Positions 22,021 through 31,812 are shown, counted from the stretch's first letter. The stretch: 64,000 bases of DNA from Candidatus Poribacteria bacterium (GCA_965198235.1 OZ240248.1:2048001-2112000), one strand, 5' to 3'. Notes: generated by a model from the letters alone, not told the origin. A program made the numbers and translations.

Positions 22021-22215
22021 TGGCGAGGTGTTTTTGCTTAAAGTCTTTGCAATGTAATACAAGGAATGGATTTAGTCTATCCCCAGACGACATCCGGTAT
22101 TTCTGCGGATTTCCCTTAAGAAACCTCGTCAGTGGGGGATGGTTCGTAAGAGTCGGGAATCGGAGTGTTTTTGCTGGGGTGTTTCCCCCCTCCTACAGAA
22201 GAACTGAATGATCTA
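22021..22215 (-). repeat. Two adjacent repeats, each carrying M1 modules
   Basis: The tggcgagg...cctcgtca hairpin holds a split M1 module. tcggag|tgtttttgctggggtgt|ttcccccctcctacagaagaact contrasts with the empty allele at ~16228. Confidence 0.7.
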
Positions 22216-22234
22216 TCCTGTTGCAGAACGCATT

Positions 22235-25138
22235 TCAATACCCAGAACTTCTCTCTGCGACGCTATCCGCCTCAAGCGGGATATGAAACATCCCGCGTTG
22301 TTGCGTAGCAATGTAAAGTCTTTCTTTACTGACGACAAGAGCGAGAATGTTATTGGGAGCATGTGACGAAATCTGCTTCCATTGACCATCGGCATCTAAG
22401 CGATAAACCCCTGCTTCACCGATACCATAGACTTTGGAGCCATCTGTAGTAAATCTGTCTACAATAGGACGCACGCCGGCACTATCGGTCAGAACACTCC
22501 AGTGTTCCCCAGTATGTGAAACCAAGGTTCCGTTGTCTGTTGCGACATAGATCGTTGATCCGATAAAGGTTACCGCCTTGAAACGGGTGAAGCGAAGCGG
22601 CAGACTGGATGTAATGTCTTTCCAACTGTTCCCTTCATCAAGCGACTGAAACAGATGCCCGTCCCGTTGACCGACGTAGACAGTTTCATCAGAAACCGCT
22701 ATTTTGAATCCGCTTCTGTGCTTGCTATCGAACACTTGATTTGTGTCTACCAATCCAGTGTTTGTCCACTCTGGATCCCCCAGTTTCCATTTGAAAAGCC
22801 CTCTCTGGTATTCCACATAGAACGCATCACAGCTGGCGGTAGCCGTCTCAGTTTGCAGACGAGATATAGCATGCGGGTTAAATGCTCTCCGGTCAAAAAT
22901 GGGTACACCTTGAATTGGAATGAGCGTATCGCCATCTGTAGATAAACGGAAAATTTGGAAGTCTTCTGCTTCAGATGAAAGAAGATAAAGCATGTTGCCG
23001 ACAACCACGAACTTTGATTCAGAAGCGATTTTGATTCTGGGGTTGAGAACGGAAACCTCCTGTCCATCAACGGGAACTTTTTTCCAAGACACCCCGGCAT
23101 CGGATGATTGATAGACTTCATAGCCGGTATGTGCGTATAACCTGTCGTTGAATGCAACCAGATCGATTATAAGTGTTCCTGTCATCCCGTTCATAAATGG
23201 ATGCCATGAATCACCACCATCCGTTGTGCGATGAAGCCCAAATCGGTTAGTTTTGTAAAACGTCCTCTCGTTCACCATTACAGCGGGGAGGCTACTGTCC
23301 ATCAACCAACTCGCATCCCATCCAAGTTTGGTCCAAGTTTTACCACCATCTACTGAACGAGATTGATACTCCCCTAATGCCAAGAGCGTTTCACCTGCAG
23401 CTAAAACTGTTATACCCGATGGTAAATCCCCATGACTGTATTCACTTCCATCCATTATTTCAGTCCACGAGGCTCCCAAGTCAGCTGAATGGAAAATCTT
23501 GACTGGATGTGACCTGTACGACCTGTTATTCCGTATGTTCCGTGTCTCCCGATATATCTCTTTTGGCGTTAATTTCACCAATAGATCGGAACCTGTTCCG
23601 ACATAAAGGTTATTCCCAGACACTGTCAAGGAACAGACAGCTCGTGATGTATCCACTGGCAACTTATTCCAGATACCAGAGTCGAGACGGTAGAGTCCAC
23701 TCTCTGTACCCGTAAACACTGTGTTCTCAACAGCGGCAATTGCGGAGATTTTTTCGCTTGTTAATCCATCGCGAAGAGACTGCCATTGCGTTCCGCCGTC
23801 TGTTGAGCGGAAAATCCCTTCATCTCTCAGGGCAAGGTACATTATAATACGTGGTTGTGTTTCATCCGTAATGATGATTCCAATAGCCTCTCCTTTAGGT
23901 CGTGGACCGAGTGTATTCCATGTCTCGCCTCTATCCACCGAAGTGAATATCTCGTCAGCGGAAGCAATATAAAGGTTATCCCCGTGGGCTGCCATCGGCA
24001 TTAGAGATGGGTCAATAGGAACACTCCTGTTGATGTGTATCCATGCGGTTGCGTCTGCTGTCAACCTGTACATTCCTGATGATGCCACAGCATAGACGGT
24101 TCCTTCAGGCGTAGCGAAGATATTGCGGATGTAACCGGCTGGTGGTCCATCTGTCTGTGTCCACTGTGAAGTAGGAAACTTGGAAGAACCCACCTGGGCA
24201 TTAGATGTTGAGATCTTCTCGGAAGCCTGCAAACCGACGGAGTTGCTCCTGCTGGAGGACACACTTCGTCCAGCCCGATTTAGCAGATCGGGTTTTGACT
24301 GACTGTCAAGGACGATCGGGGCATCAATAATTTCAATTGTGGGTTCGGATGCCGCCTCGAAACTATAAGGTTTCTGAAAACGGGTGAGGTATCGATCGCT
24401 TGCACCCAGCAGCAACAGCACCAAAACCGCAGTTGTTCCCAAAGCCATCCATGGGATCAGCGGTTTCGTAGCCGGCGGGGATGTGGGTTTCAAGTCAGCG
24501 ACTTGCCGCATGATGTTCTGGCTTAGGCCTGTCGATATTTGGACGCCACTGAAAACTTCTTGAATGAGGAGTTCCTGATCTTCTTGTAAACGTTCTCGCG
24601 CTCGCCGGAGCCGACTCTTAATCGTATTCACCGACACCCCCAAGAAGTTGCCTATCTCTTTTGCCGTCATCTCACCGAGATAATAGAGCGTCATCACTGT
24701 GCGTTCGCTTTCTGGGAGTCTTTCGAGAAGTTTTTCGACGATTTCATACCGCCGTTCGGTCGCTTCCGATTCGCGCGCCTCAGAGACATAACGTTCATAA
24801 GTTAACTGATTGATTTCCCTCACTGGCGTACCCTCCAGAGACTGCATCGCCGATTTGTTTCGTTGAAGCCAGTTAATGCAAAGCCGATTTGCGATGACAT
24901 ACAACCACCCAGCAAATTGATGCGGATTTTTGAGGGTCGAGAGTTTTTTGTATGCTTGGAGGAAGGTGTCCTGCGTAATCTCTTCAGCATAGTGAAAATC
25001 GCTAATCTTTCGCCAAGCGAGCGCGTGAACACTCTTCTGATATTTTTGCACTAACGCGTTGAAGGCATCATCGTTGCCGGATAAAATGTCGTAAATCAAC
25101 TGCGCATCTTCTTTTCTTTCCACGAGACTCCCTCCCAA
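22235..25138 (-). CDS. ECF sigma factor fused to a TM helix and a large BNR/Asp-box beta-propeller
   Basis: Region 2 (AEEITQDTFLQAY, FAGWLYVIA), region 4 (EIGNFLGVSVNTIKSRLRRAR), TM LIPWMALGTTAVLVLLLLG, repeated S.D.G.TW boxes. Confidence 0.88.
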   Translation of the reverse strand: MGGSLVERKEDAQLIYDILSGNDDAFNALVQKYQKSVHALAWRKISDFHYAEEITQDTFLQAYKKLSTLKNPHQFAGWLYVIANRLCINWLQRNKSAMQSLEGTPVREINQLTYERYVSEARESEATERRYEIVEKLLERLPESERTVMTLYYLGEMTAKEIGNFLGVSVNTIKSRLRRARERLQEDQELLIQEVFSGVQISTGLSQNIMRQVADLKPTSPPATKPLIPWMALGTTAVLVLLLLGASDRYLTRFQKPYSFEAASEPTIEIIDAPIVLDSQSKPDLLNRAGRSVSSSRSNSVGLQASEKISTSNAQVGSSKFPTSQWTQTDGPPAGYIRNIFATPEGTVYAVASSGMYRLTADATAWIHINRSVPIDPSLMPMAAHGDNLYIASADEIFTSVDRGETWNTLGPRPKGEAIGIIITDETQPRIIMYLALRDEGIFRSTDGGTQWQSLRDGLTSEKISAIAAVENTVFTGTESGLYRLDSGIWNKLPVDTSRAVCSLTVSGNNLYVGTGSDLLVKLTPKEIYRETRNIRNNRSYRSHPVKIFHSADLGASWTEIMDGSEYSHGDLPSGITVLAAGETLLALGEYQSRSVDGGKTWTKLGWDASWLMDSSLPAVMVNERTFYKTNRFGLHRTTDGGDSWHPFMNGMTGTLIIDLVAFNDRLYAHTGYEVYQSSDAGVSWKKVPVDGQEVSVLNPRIKIASESKFVVVGNMLYLLSSEAEDFQIFRLSTDGDTLIPIQGVPIFDRRAFNPHAISRLQTETATASCDAFYVEYQRGLFKWKLGDPEWTNTGLVDTNQVFDSKHRSGFKIAVSDETVYVGQRDGHLFQSLDEGNSWKDITSSLPLRFTRFKAVTFIGSTIYVATDNGTLVSHTGEHWSVLTDSAGVRPIVDRFTTDGSKVYGIGEAGVYRLDADGQWKQISSHAPNNILALVVSKERLYIATQQRGMFHIPLEADSVAERSSGY

Positions 25139-25305
25139 TGAACAGATTTAGGTGTTTCCGTTTGGACTGTCGAGAATGCATATCTACGTCTAACATATCA
25201 CTTTTCTCCCGCCCAGTTCCCAATCCTCACTGGCAAAGGATTCTATTTGCATAAGCAAGAGAATGAGAACAACGACACCCATAACGAAAGCTTTCTTTAG
25301 GGATT

Positions 25306-26163
25306 TCATTGCTTAAGGCGTCCCCATGTTGTTGTGAGTTTCTCGTGGGGTTCGACTGCGAGTGGGATGCCGGTCCTCGCTCCACCTTCACCTACCAGAT
25401 GATGTGCATGACCCGATGCGTCTGAGAATTTCTGTGTTCCACTGGGTTCATCAAAATGCCACAGGGCGACCGTCTTTGCGTCATCCTTGAATTTTTTGCG
25501 CGGCGTGAAACCTTTTTTGCCGACATTGTAACGAGCGACCCTCGAGATACGGACCTCATCAATATATCCCGCAAAAGGTCCCCAAAAGTGATCGATGTGA
25601 AACTCAACTTTCCTTCCAAATCCTCCGAGTGTAAAATCCTTTGGACGCTTAAATCCTGTGAGATCGTGTGCGAGCGTTGTTCTTTGCGGTAAGATGCCTA
25701 CGAAATCGTTAACGATGGTTGCTGTCTCTTTCCCTTTCGCCTGGTAAGCGATGTGATGCCATTGGTTCGGGGAAAGTACTACCGGATGGTACGGTGTACT
25801 AGCGAGCCTGCCTATAACCGTAATATGCGCTTGAGTTGCTAAGACTAAATCCCCCTTCTTGATGTCCCTCCGTCCCTCGACAGCGACCGCGACATTCATC
25901 CGCACCTGTTGGCTGAGAATCATTGCGTGTGTATCCATGTCAGGCAGCGGTGTCGTTGGATATACCCACGCTTCAACGGTGAACTCGTCTGTGCCTTTCG
26001 GGAAGAGGACACCGAAGGTTTTAAAGTCCAAAACCGCATAATCGTCCACCCCATCGAGGACTAAATAGTTTCCACCTGCGGGTGAAGCGGGTGGAAATGC
26101 TTTGGCACTCAGCGGAATTAAAGCGAGCAAAAAGAGGCATATCAGGATTTGTCGATGTGTCAT
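25306..26163 (-). CDS. Secreted LamG-like (concanavalin A-like) domain protein
   Basis: Signal peptide, LDGVDDY, FTVEAWVYP, QWHHIA, GYIDEVRIS, LWHFDE; ends LAVEPHEKLTTTWGRLKQ. Confidence 0.85.
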   Translation of the reverse strand: MTHRQILICLFLLALIPLSAKAFPPASPAGGNYLVLDGVDDYAVLDFKTFGVLFPKGTDEFTVEAWVYPTTPLPDMDTHAMILSQQVRMNVAVAVEGRRDIKKGDLVLATQAHITVIGRLASTPYHPVVLSPNQWHHIAYQAKGKETATIVNDFVGILPQRTTLAHDLTGFKRPKDFTLGGFGRKVEFHIDHFWGPFAGYIDEVRISRVARYNVGKKGFTPRKKFKDDAKTVALWHFDEPSGTQKFSDASGHAHHLVGEGGARTGIPLAVEPHEKLTTTWGRLKQ

Positions 26164-26440
26164 TTTTTATCTCCTTTTTCGTCTAAAACGAAAACTTGTG
26201 GGTTTCGTCGTAAAGAATGGTGTGCGTCCTCATATCTTGTAAAATCAAGGCGATGTTGTTAAAGACACAATTTTAAGGTAAAAAGGGTGCATAATGGCAA
26301 AAAAAATGAAAAAACCGCTTGAAATTGTGGAAGGTTTTTTAGGGACGGGAACAAGTTGGAATATTGCTTGGGTGTTCCCCCTCCTACAGAAAAACTGAAT
26401 GCTCTAAGAAAACAGATTACGGTGTGAATGAGGCGGGAAC

Positions 26441-26574
26441 AAAAAAGGAGCCGGAAACCACATTCCTAATTGGTGCCAAGAGTTTCAGGGATTTCAACTG
26501 AACTAACACATGCAACAGTGGCTTACAAGTTACACCTTCTAAGAATTATGGCTCCGGCTTACCCAAGGAGGCTC
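26441..26574 (-). ncRNA. Candidate sigma54-dependent structured small RNA
   Basis: 5' and 3' ends pair in a long rod (AGCCGGAGCCAUAAUUCUUA/UAGGAAUGUGGUUUCCGGCU; GGUGU/GCACC), followed by U6; no ORF. Confidence 0.6.
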
Positions 26575-26585
26575 ATATAAACATA

Positions 26586-26602
26586 AGCAATTTCCGTGCC
26601 AA
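26586..26602 (-). promoter_or_regulatory. Sigma54 (-24/-12) promoter
   Basis: TTGGCACGGAAATTGCT matches the TGGCAC-N5-TTGC consensus. Confidence 0.75.
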
Positions 26603-26766
26603 TGAAAAAGGGGTTGTTTTGGGCAATTTTTGCGGGATATTGCCTATTTTTTGAACATTTTGTGATAAAAAAATGGACATTGGAAGGTAGCAATCAGCCG
26701 TCAGCCGTCGGCAGTCAGTAGTTAACCGCTTCTACTGATATTGGAGATATGATATAGGGGCTGGGA

Positions 26767-28221
26767 TCAGCCCTTTACAACACCGATGGGACGCAGGCGT
26801 GCGACGCGGCGGGAAAGTCCCGCTTTGTCAACGACACGGACGACCTCGTCAACATCTTTGTAAGCCTCAGGGACCTCTTCTTGGAGGGTGCGTCTGCCTT
26901 CTGCTCGGACGTAGATACCTTGCGCCTCCAAATCTTTCTGGATAGAGCGTCCTTTCGTCAAGGCGATCGCCTTCCGGCGTGAGAGCATTCTACCCGCACC
27001 GTGACAGGTCGTGCCCCATGTCTCTGCCATCGCACCCGGATTACCGACAAGCACGTAAGAGGCGGTTCCCATGTCGCCAGGAATTAGGACGGGTTGCCCG
27101 ACTTTCTGGTATTTATCGGGGATTTCGGGATGCCCCGCTGGAAACGCACGGGTCGCGCCTTTGCGATGGATAAAGAGTTCACGTTCTTTACCATCAACGG
27201 TGTGTTTCTCAAACTTTCCGATGTTATGTGCCACATCGTAGACGAGTTCTAAACCGAGTTCGTCTTCTGTCGTTTCAAAAAACTGCATGAAGGTCTGGCG
27301 GACGAGGTGCATGATACACTGTCGATTGTTCCACGCATAGTTTGCACTACACGCCATCGCGGTGATGTAATCCTGTCCTTCTGGTGAATTGATCGGCGCG
27401 GAGGCGAGTTGACGGTCGGGCAGTTTTATGCCGTATCTTTCGGCAACTTTGACCCAACTTTTAACGTGTTCGTCGCAGATCTGGTAACCGAAGCCGCGCG
27501 AACCGGTGTGAATCATCACGCAGATGTTGCCCTCGCTCAACCCCATCGCATCGGCGGCTTCTCGGTAAAAAACGCGGTCAACGGTTTGCACTTCAAGGAA
27601 ATGGTTGCCCGAACCGAGGGTGCCGAGTTGGTTTTTGCCGCGTTCTAAGGCACGCTGGCTTGCCGCGTCAGCGTTTGCGCGTTCGAGGAAACCGGTCGCT
27701 TCTGTAAAGTCGAGATCTCTTGTGTGACCATATTCTCGCTCAATTGCCCACAGCGCGCCTTTCTCCAACATCTGCCGCTCCTCTTGGAGGGTGAGCCGAA
27801 TTTTGCCGCTGGAGCCGACACCACACGGGACGTTCTCGAACAATTTACCGACAAGTGCTTTCCGCTTGCCATCAAGTTGCGAGACATCCAGGTTCGTTCG
27901 GATGAGGCGGACACCGCAGTTGATGTCATACCCGATGCCACCGGGAGAGACAACGCCATCCGCCTGTGGATCGGTAGCCGCAACACCCCCGATGACGAAG
28001 CCGTAGCCCCAATGCAGATCGGGCATAGCGAGGGAGTGCTTAACGATACCCGGAAGATGCGCGACGTTTGCCACCTGCTGCAACGCCTCGTCGCTTTTGG
28101 CGTGTTCGAGGAGTTTCTCGTTGGCATAGACAATCCCGTCTACGCGCATGCCTTTCATGTAACTCTTCGGGATACGCCAACGGTATTCGTCAAGTTTTTG
28201 GAGGATTACATTTTGTGCCAT
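26767..28221 (-). CDS. rtcB: RNA-splicing/repair ligase RtcB (archaeal/eukaryote-like long form)
   Basis: MPDLHWGYGF, GYDINCGVR, GTLGSGNHFLE, HTGSRG, HRKGATRA, PGDMG, CHGAGR, AYKDVD. Confidence 0.96.
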   Translation of the reverse strand: MAQNVILQKLDEYRWRIPKSYMKGMRVDGIVYANEKLLEHAKSDEALQQVANVAHLPGIVKHSLAMPDLHWGYGFVIGGVAATDPQADGVVSPGGIGYDINCGVRLIRTNLDVSQLDGKRKALVGKLFENVPCGVGSSGKIRLTLQEERQMLEKGALWAIEREYGHTRDLDFTEATGFLERANADAASQRALERGKNQLGTLGSGNHFLEVQTVDRVFYREAADAMGLSEGNICVMIHTGSRGFGYQICDEHVKSWVKVAERYGIKLPDRQLASAPINSPEGQDYITAMACSANYAWNNRQCIMHLVRQTFMQFFETTEDELGLELVYDVAHNIGKFEKHTVDGKERELFIHRKGATRAFPAGHPEIPDKYQKVGQPVLIPGDMGTASYVLVGNPGAMAETWGTTCHGAGRMLSRRKAIALTKGRSIQKDLEAQGIYVRAEGRRTLQEEVPEAYKDVDEVVRVVDKAGLSRRVARLRPIGVVKG

Positions 28222-28262
28222 GATAGTAATTTCCGATGTGTTTCTTTATTCTTCCATTCCTC

Positions 28263-28868
28263 TCACGCCTTTTGTGATACCATACTTGCGAGGATCCCCA
28301 GGATTGTATCGCATTGTGAGATTTGATAGGCAGCCATGTCAATGTAGAGTTTCTTTCCCTCCAATTTGAGGAAGAGCCAATCTATTCCAGATGTGATGGT
28401 CCCATAAATGCAAGCGATGTCATTCCCTTCTTCCGCGTTAAAATGTTGTGAGGCTACCATTTCCGCAACACACTGCCCGAGTCCTGCTGTTAGATCGTCC
28501 TTTTTTGCCTCAACGAGGATTAGGACGGGGGCTTCCAAATAAAATTGCTCCGGCGATAAACTTACCAAAAAATCGCAAACGCCGGTGAGCCCCTCTTCGG
28601 CATTTACGTTAAAGTCAATCCCTGAAAAAAAACTGATGCGTCGCTCAAAGTGTTCCCGGAGCTCAACCAAAACAGCGGCAACAATCAGTTCTGATTTTGC
28701 TTTCTCAGTACCGATAGCAAACGCTAACGGGACATTTCGCTCCAACACCGTGGTGAGAAGTGTGCTTGGGGCTACCGGTTCTATATCCGTAAAGATGCCA
28801 GCAGCTTCGACCGTTTTGAGGTGAAATGTTTTGCACGCATCCTCTAAGGTAAAATTGCTATACGCCAT
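28263..28868 (-). CDS. Hypothetical PD-(D/E)XK-fold protein (MAYSNFTL family)
   Basis: TEKAKSE, G.CDF, VEAKK, GQC.AEM, YG.ITSG..W.F motifs. Confidence 0.65.
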   Translation of the reverse strand: MAYSNFTLEDACKTFHLKTVEAAGIFTDIEPVAPSTLLTTVLERNVPLAFAIGTEKAKSELIVAAVLVELREHFERRISFFSGIDFNVNAEEGLTGVCDFLVSLSPEQFYLEAPVLILVEAKKDDLTAGLGQCVAEMVASQHFNAEEGNDIACIYGTITSGIDWLFLKLEGKKLYIDMAAYQISQCDTILGILASMVSQKA

Positions 28869-29053
28869 GTGAGAGAATCTCCTTGTAACAATTTTGCCGA
28901 TGTGGGAGGTGTTGCAACCGCGATGCACATCTCGCCTATAACGGAATGTTTACATTATATTTTTATTTTACAGCATTTTTCTGGGAAATGCAACACTTTT
29001 GTTACAGAGGCTGTCAGTGGTCACCCATCAGCAATCAGCGTAGCTCCGTGACC

Positions 29054-29080
29054 GGTAGGTACGGTTTCTAACCGCACCGG
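29054..29080 (+). repeat. REP-like hairpin, empty allele
   Basis: ggtaggtacggtttctaaccgcaccgg; filled homologues at 31732-31794 and 54073-54121. Confidence 0.65.
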
Positions 29081-29263
29081 TATTCGTCAGAATTGGGATG
29101 AGAGAATTTACAAGATTATGGAGTTGTGAAATTGACCCGCGTCTTTTGTGTGCTGACAACTGACAGCCGACTGCTGATAACTAATTCGTCTGAATCGCGG
29201 ATTACGCGGATTGCGCGTTTCAAACCAATTTCGCTCCTAACAAAGAATGGATCATCAGAAATT

Positions 29264-30433
29264 CTATAGTGCTAAGAGCTCGGGCAATTCTACCCATTTG
29301 CGGGTTTGCCACGATTCCATGCCCTTTTCTGCCAATTGCACACCCTTCGCACCCGCGAGCAGCGTCCACGGGAAGGGTTCATCGGCAACGACATGTCGGA
29401 GGAAGAGTTCCCACTGCGCTCGAAATGCGTTCTCATAGTCTTCCTGCTCTGGCACCTTGAGCCATCCATCAAAGAATTTGATCGGTTGTTCGATGTCCGG
29501 ATTCCAGACGGGACGCGGCGTGCCAGAGAGCGGTTGAATCCAACAATCCCGCAAACCAACAACGGCAGACCCATTCAAACCGTCTACGTGTATCGTCAAC
29601 AGATCGTCGCGACGAACCCTGACTGCCCAAGACGAGTTAAAGTGTGCAATAATACCGTTTTCCAATTCAAACGTCGCATAGGCGGCATCTTCCGCCGTAC
29701 ACTTATACGGTTTATCTTCCTCATCCCACCGTTGCGGTAGATGCGTGGCAGCAATGCAGGAAACACTTTTAACCGCGCCGAAAAGGTTGTCGATGACGTA
29801 TCGCCAGTGGCTAAACATATCGAGAATAATGCCGCCACCGTCTTCGACACGGTAGTTCCACGAAGGACGTTGGGTCGGGATCGCATCGCCTTGGAAAACC
29901 CAGTAGCCAAATTCGCCACGGACAGCAATAATTTTTCCGAAAAAGTCGGCATCTATCAAGCGTTTCAGTTTCTGAATACCGGGTAGCCAGAGTTTATCCT
30001 GAACGACCCCATTTTTAAGTCCCGCTTTTGCTGCTTGTTCATAGAGACGATACGCATCGGCGGTTGTAGTGGCAGTCGGTTTTTCACAATAGATGTGTTT
30101 TCCGGCTGATATGGCGGCTTCGACTGCGTCAACTCGGCGGGACGTGACCTGAGCATCGAAATAGACACTATAAGTGCCATCGGCGAGAGCAGCGTCGAGA
30201 TCCGTGCTCCACTTCTCGACCCCGGTGGTTTCGGAAAGCTTTTCTAATTTTGCTGGATTTCTGCCGACGAGAAACGGGTCAGGCATAATCACTTCGCCAT
30301 CACCGATCGGGATGCCACCCTTTTCTGCGATTGCCAAGATGGAACGGATGAGGTGTTGGTTTGTTCCCATCCTCCCGGTGACACCGTTCATGATGATGCC
30401 GACGCGGTGTGTTTTTGGGGTATGATTCGTCAT
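29264..30433 (-). CDS. Gfo/Idh/MocA family oxidoreductase
   Basis: IIMNGVTGRMG, HIYCEKP, VVQDKL, GEFGYWVF, QRPSWNYR, GGGIILDM. Confidence 0.9.
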   Translation of the reverse strand: MTNHTPKTHRVGIIMNGVTGRMGTNQHLIRSILAIAEKGGIPIGDGEVIMPDPFLVGRNPAKLEKLSETTGVEKWSTDLDAALADGTYSVYFDAQVTSRRVDAVEAAISAGKHIYCEKPTATTTADAYRLYEQAAKAGLKNGVVQDKLWLPGIQKLKRLIDADFFGKIIAVRGEFGYWVFQGDAIPTQRPSWNYRVEDGGGIILDMFSHWRYVIDNLFGAVKSVSCIAATHLPQRWDEEDKPYKCTAEDAAYATFELENGIIAHFNSSWAVRVRRDDLLTIHVDGLNGSAVVGLRDCWIQPLSGTPRPVWNPDIEQPIKFFDGWLKVPEQEDYENAFRAQWELFLRHVVADEPFPWTLLAGAKGVQLAEKGMESWQTRKWVELPELLAL

Positions 30434-30900
30434 GAATAATCCTTATACGTACACGGGGTATATTTCCATAGGAGTGGTGGTGCGTCAACACCGGCTTTTG
30501 GAAGTGTGCCGGCGAGTTCCTGTTTCCAATGTACCACATCGCCTGCGGGTCCATAACAGTAGCCCATGTGCATCGGTGTGTCACCAGTGTTCGTTAGTTG
30601 ATGGAAAATCCAAGAAGGGATAAATACGGTCTGCCCCGCGGAAATGGTTTGACGTTCCTCACCGAGGCACATTTCGCCTTCGCCTTCAACGATGAAGTAG
30701 ATCTCTTCCTGTTCGTGGTTGTGCCACGGCACTTGCCCACCGTTTGGCTCTAAGACGACGAACCCTATATAGAATTCACCTATCTGGATCGGGGAGACAC
30801 CGCCGACGAGATTTTTGGTTAACCTACGCGCAGGATAGCTACGCCCTTCCATTGCATTTACATCTGCGATTAACATTATGTGTTGTCCTTGTAACGGCAC
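30430..30900 (-). CDS. Cupin domain protein (duplicate copy with altered C-terminus)
   Basis: GGQVPWHNHEQEEIYF...HQL motif; near-identical to 31813-32262. Confidence 0.8.
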   Translation of the reverse strand: MPLQGQHIMLIADVNAMEGRSYPARRLTKNLVGGVSPIQIGEFYIGFVVLEPNGGQVPWHNHEQEEIYFIVEGEGEMCLGEERQTISAGQTVFIPSWIFHQLTNTGDTPMHMGYCYGPAGDVVHWKQELAGTLPKAGVDAPPLLWKYTPCTYKDYS

Positions 30901-30925
30901 AACGGCGTGTGCCTACTACTTTGCA

Positions 30926-31495
30926 TTATTCAAAAAGTTCTGCCACTTGACAAGAAAATCCTTTGATGATGTCTTCACCGGTGAGGGTGTCATTCCGTGT
31001 GAGCAATGTGATGTCTACCTCTGAACGGTAGACTGTTACTGTTTTGGATCGGGGTTTAAGTACCCATACCAGTCGTGTGCCCGCCTCAAGGTAAGCGAAT
31101 GCCTTTTCCTCAATCTGGCGCGATACATCTGTTGGAGAAATGACTTCAACGGCGAGATCTGGCGCGATAGGAGATGCTTTGCTGAGGTCATCAGGTATCC
31201 GTGCGTTTGAAAGAAACGCAATATCTGGCATTAGTACACGTTCGCCCACTCGGAAGCCTGTGTCCGGCATATAGACACTCCCCAACTGATTTTCGCGAAC
31301 GTACAAACCTAACGGTAAAAACAAGTTCGTAGTAATATTACCGTGTTCCAATGAGGTTGGTGGCACTGGTATTAATTCTCCCTTAACGTATTCATATCCC
31401 TCTAAATCGCTTTCAAGGAATTCCTCCAATGTCATTGTAGAGGTTTCAGGGGAGAGTCCTTCTTGTGAGAATTGGCGACCTTCTTGTGCATTCAT
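30926..31495 (-). CDS. Uma2-family endonuclease-like protein
   Basis: MTLEEF, YEYVKGEL, H, PDIAF, PDLAVEVISP, YLEAG..LVW. Confidence 0.85.
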   Translation of the reverse strand: MNAQEGRQFSQEGLSPETSTMTLEEFLESDLEGYEYVKGELIPVPPTSLEHGNITTNLFLPLGLYVRENQLGSVYMPDTGFRVGERVLMPDIAFLSNARIPDDLSKASPIAPDLAVEVISPTDVSRQIEEKAFAYLEAGTRLVWVLKPRSKTVTVYRSEVDITLLTRNDTLTGEDIIKGFSCQVAELFE

Positions 31496-31731
31496 TATTC
31501 TTACCCCTTTGCAATGTGCTTGTCAGGCATCCTTTCCTACACTGCTCTGATAGTTTACCCTAATATTCTTATAGCATCCGACCGCTTCTCTACCACCTCA
31601 AAGGCTGTAGTTGTGCACGCGAGGTAGGCGCGCTTATATAAAAATTAAAAATAAGTTGGATAATTTCATAGAGACGACCGGTGCGGTTACATGAAGTTTA
31701 ATAAAATATTTCGGTAATTTCCTAACGATGT

Positions 31732-31794
31732 CCGGTGCGGGAAATCCGCAGAAATACCCAAGCAAAAACCCCTATCAAAAACCCCGCACCTACC
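31732..31794 (+). repeat. REP-like hairpin with an M1-filled loop
   Basis: ccggtgcgg|gaaatccgcagaaatacccaagcaaaaacccctatcaaaaac|cccgcacctacc. Confidence 0.85.
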
Positions 31795-31812
31795 AAGGGG
31801 TGAGGACACCTA

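Noticed and set aside
26515-26528. Match of the TnpB-2 guide seed (AAGCCACTGT, preceded by TTGT) inside the sigma54 RNA
   Set aside because: Only 10 nt with an imperfect TAM, which is compatible with chance in 64 kb; the guide is adequately explained as insertion-site flank
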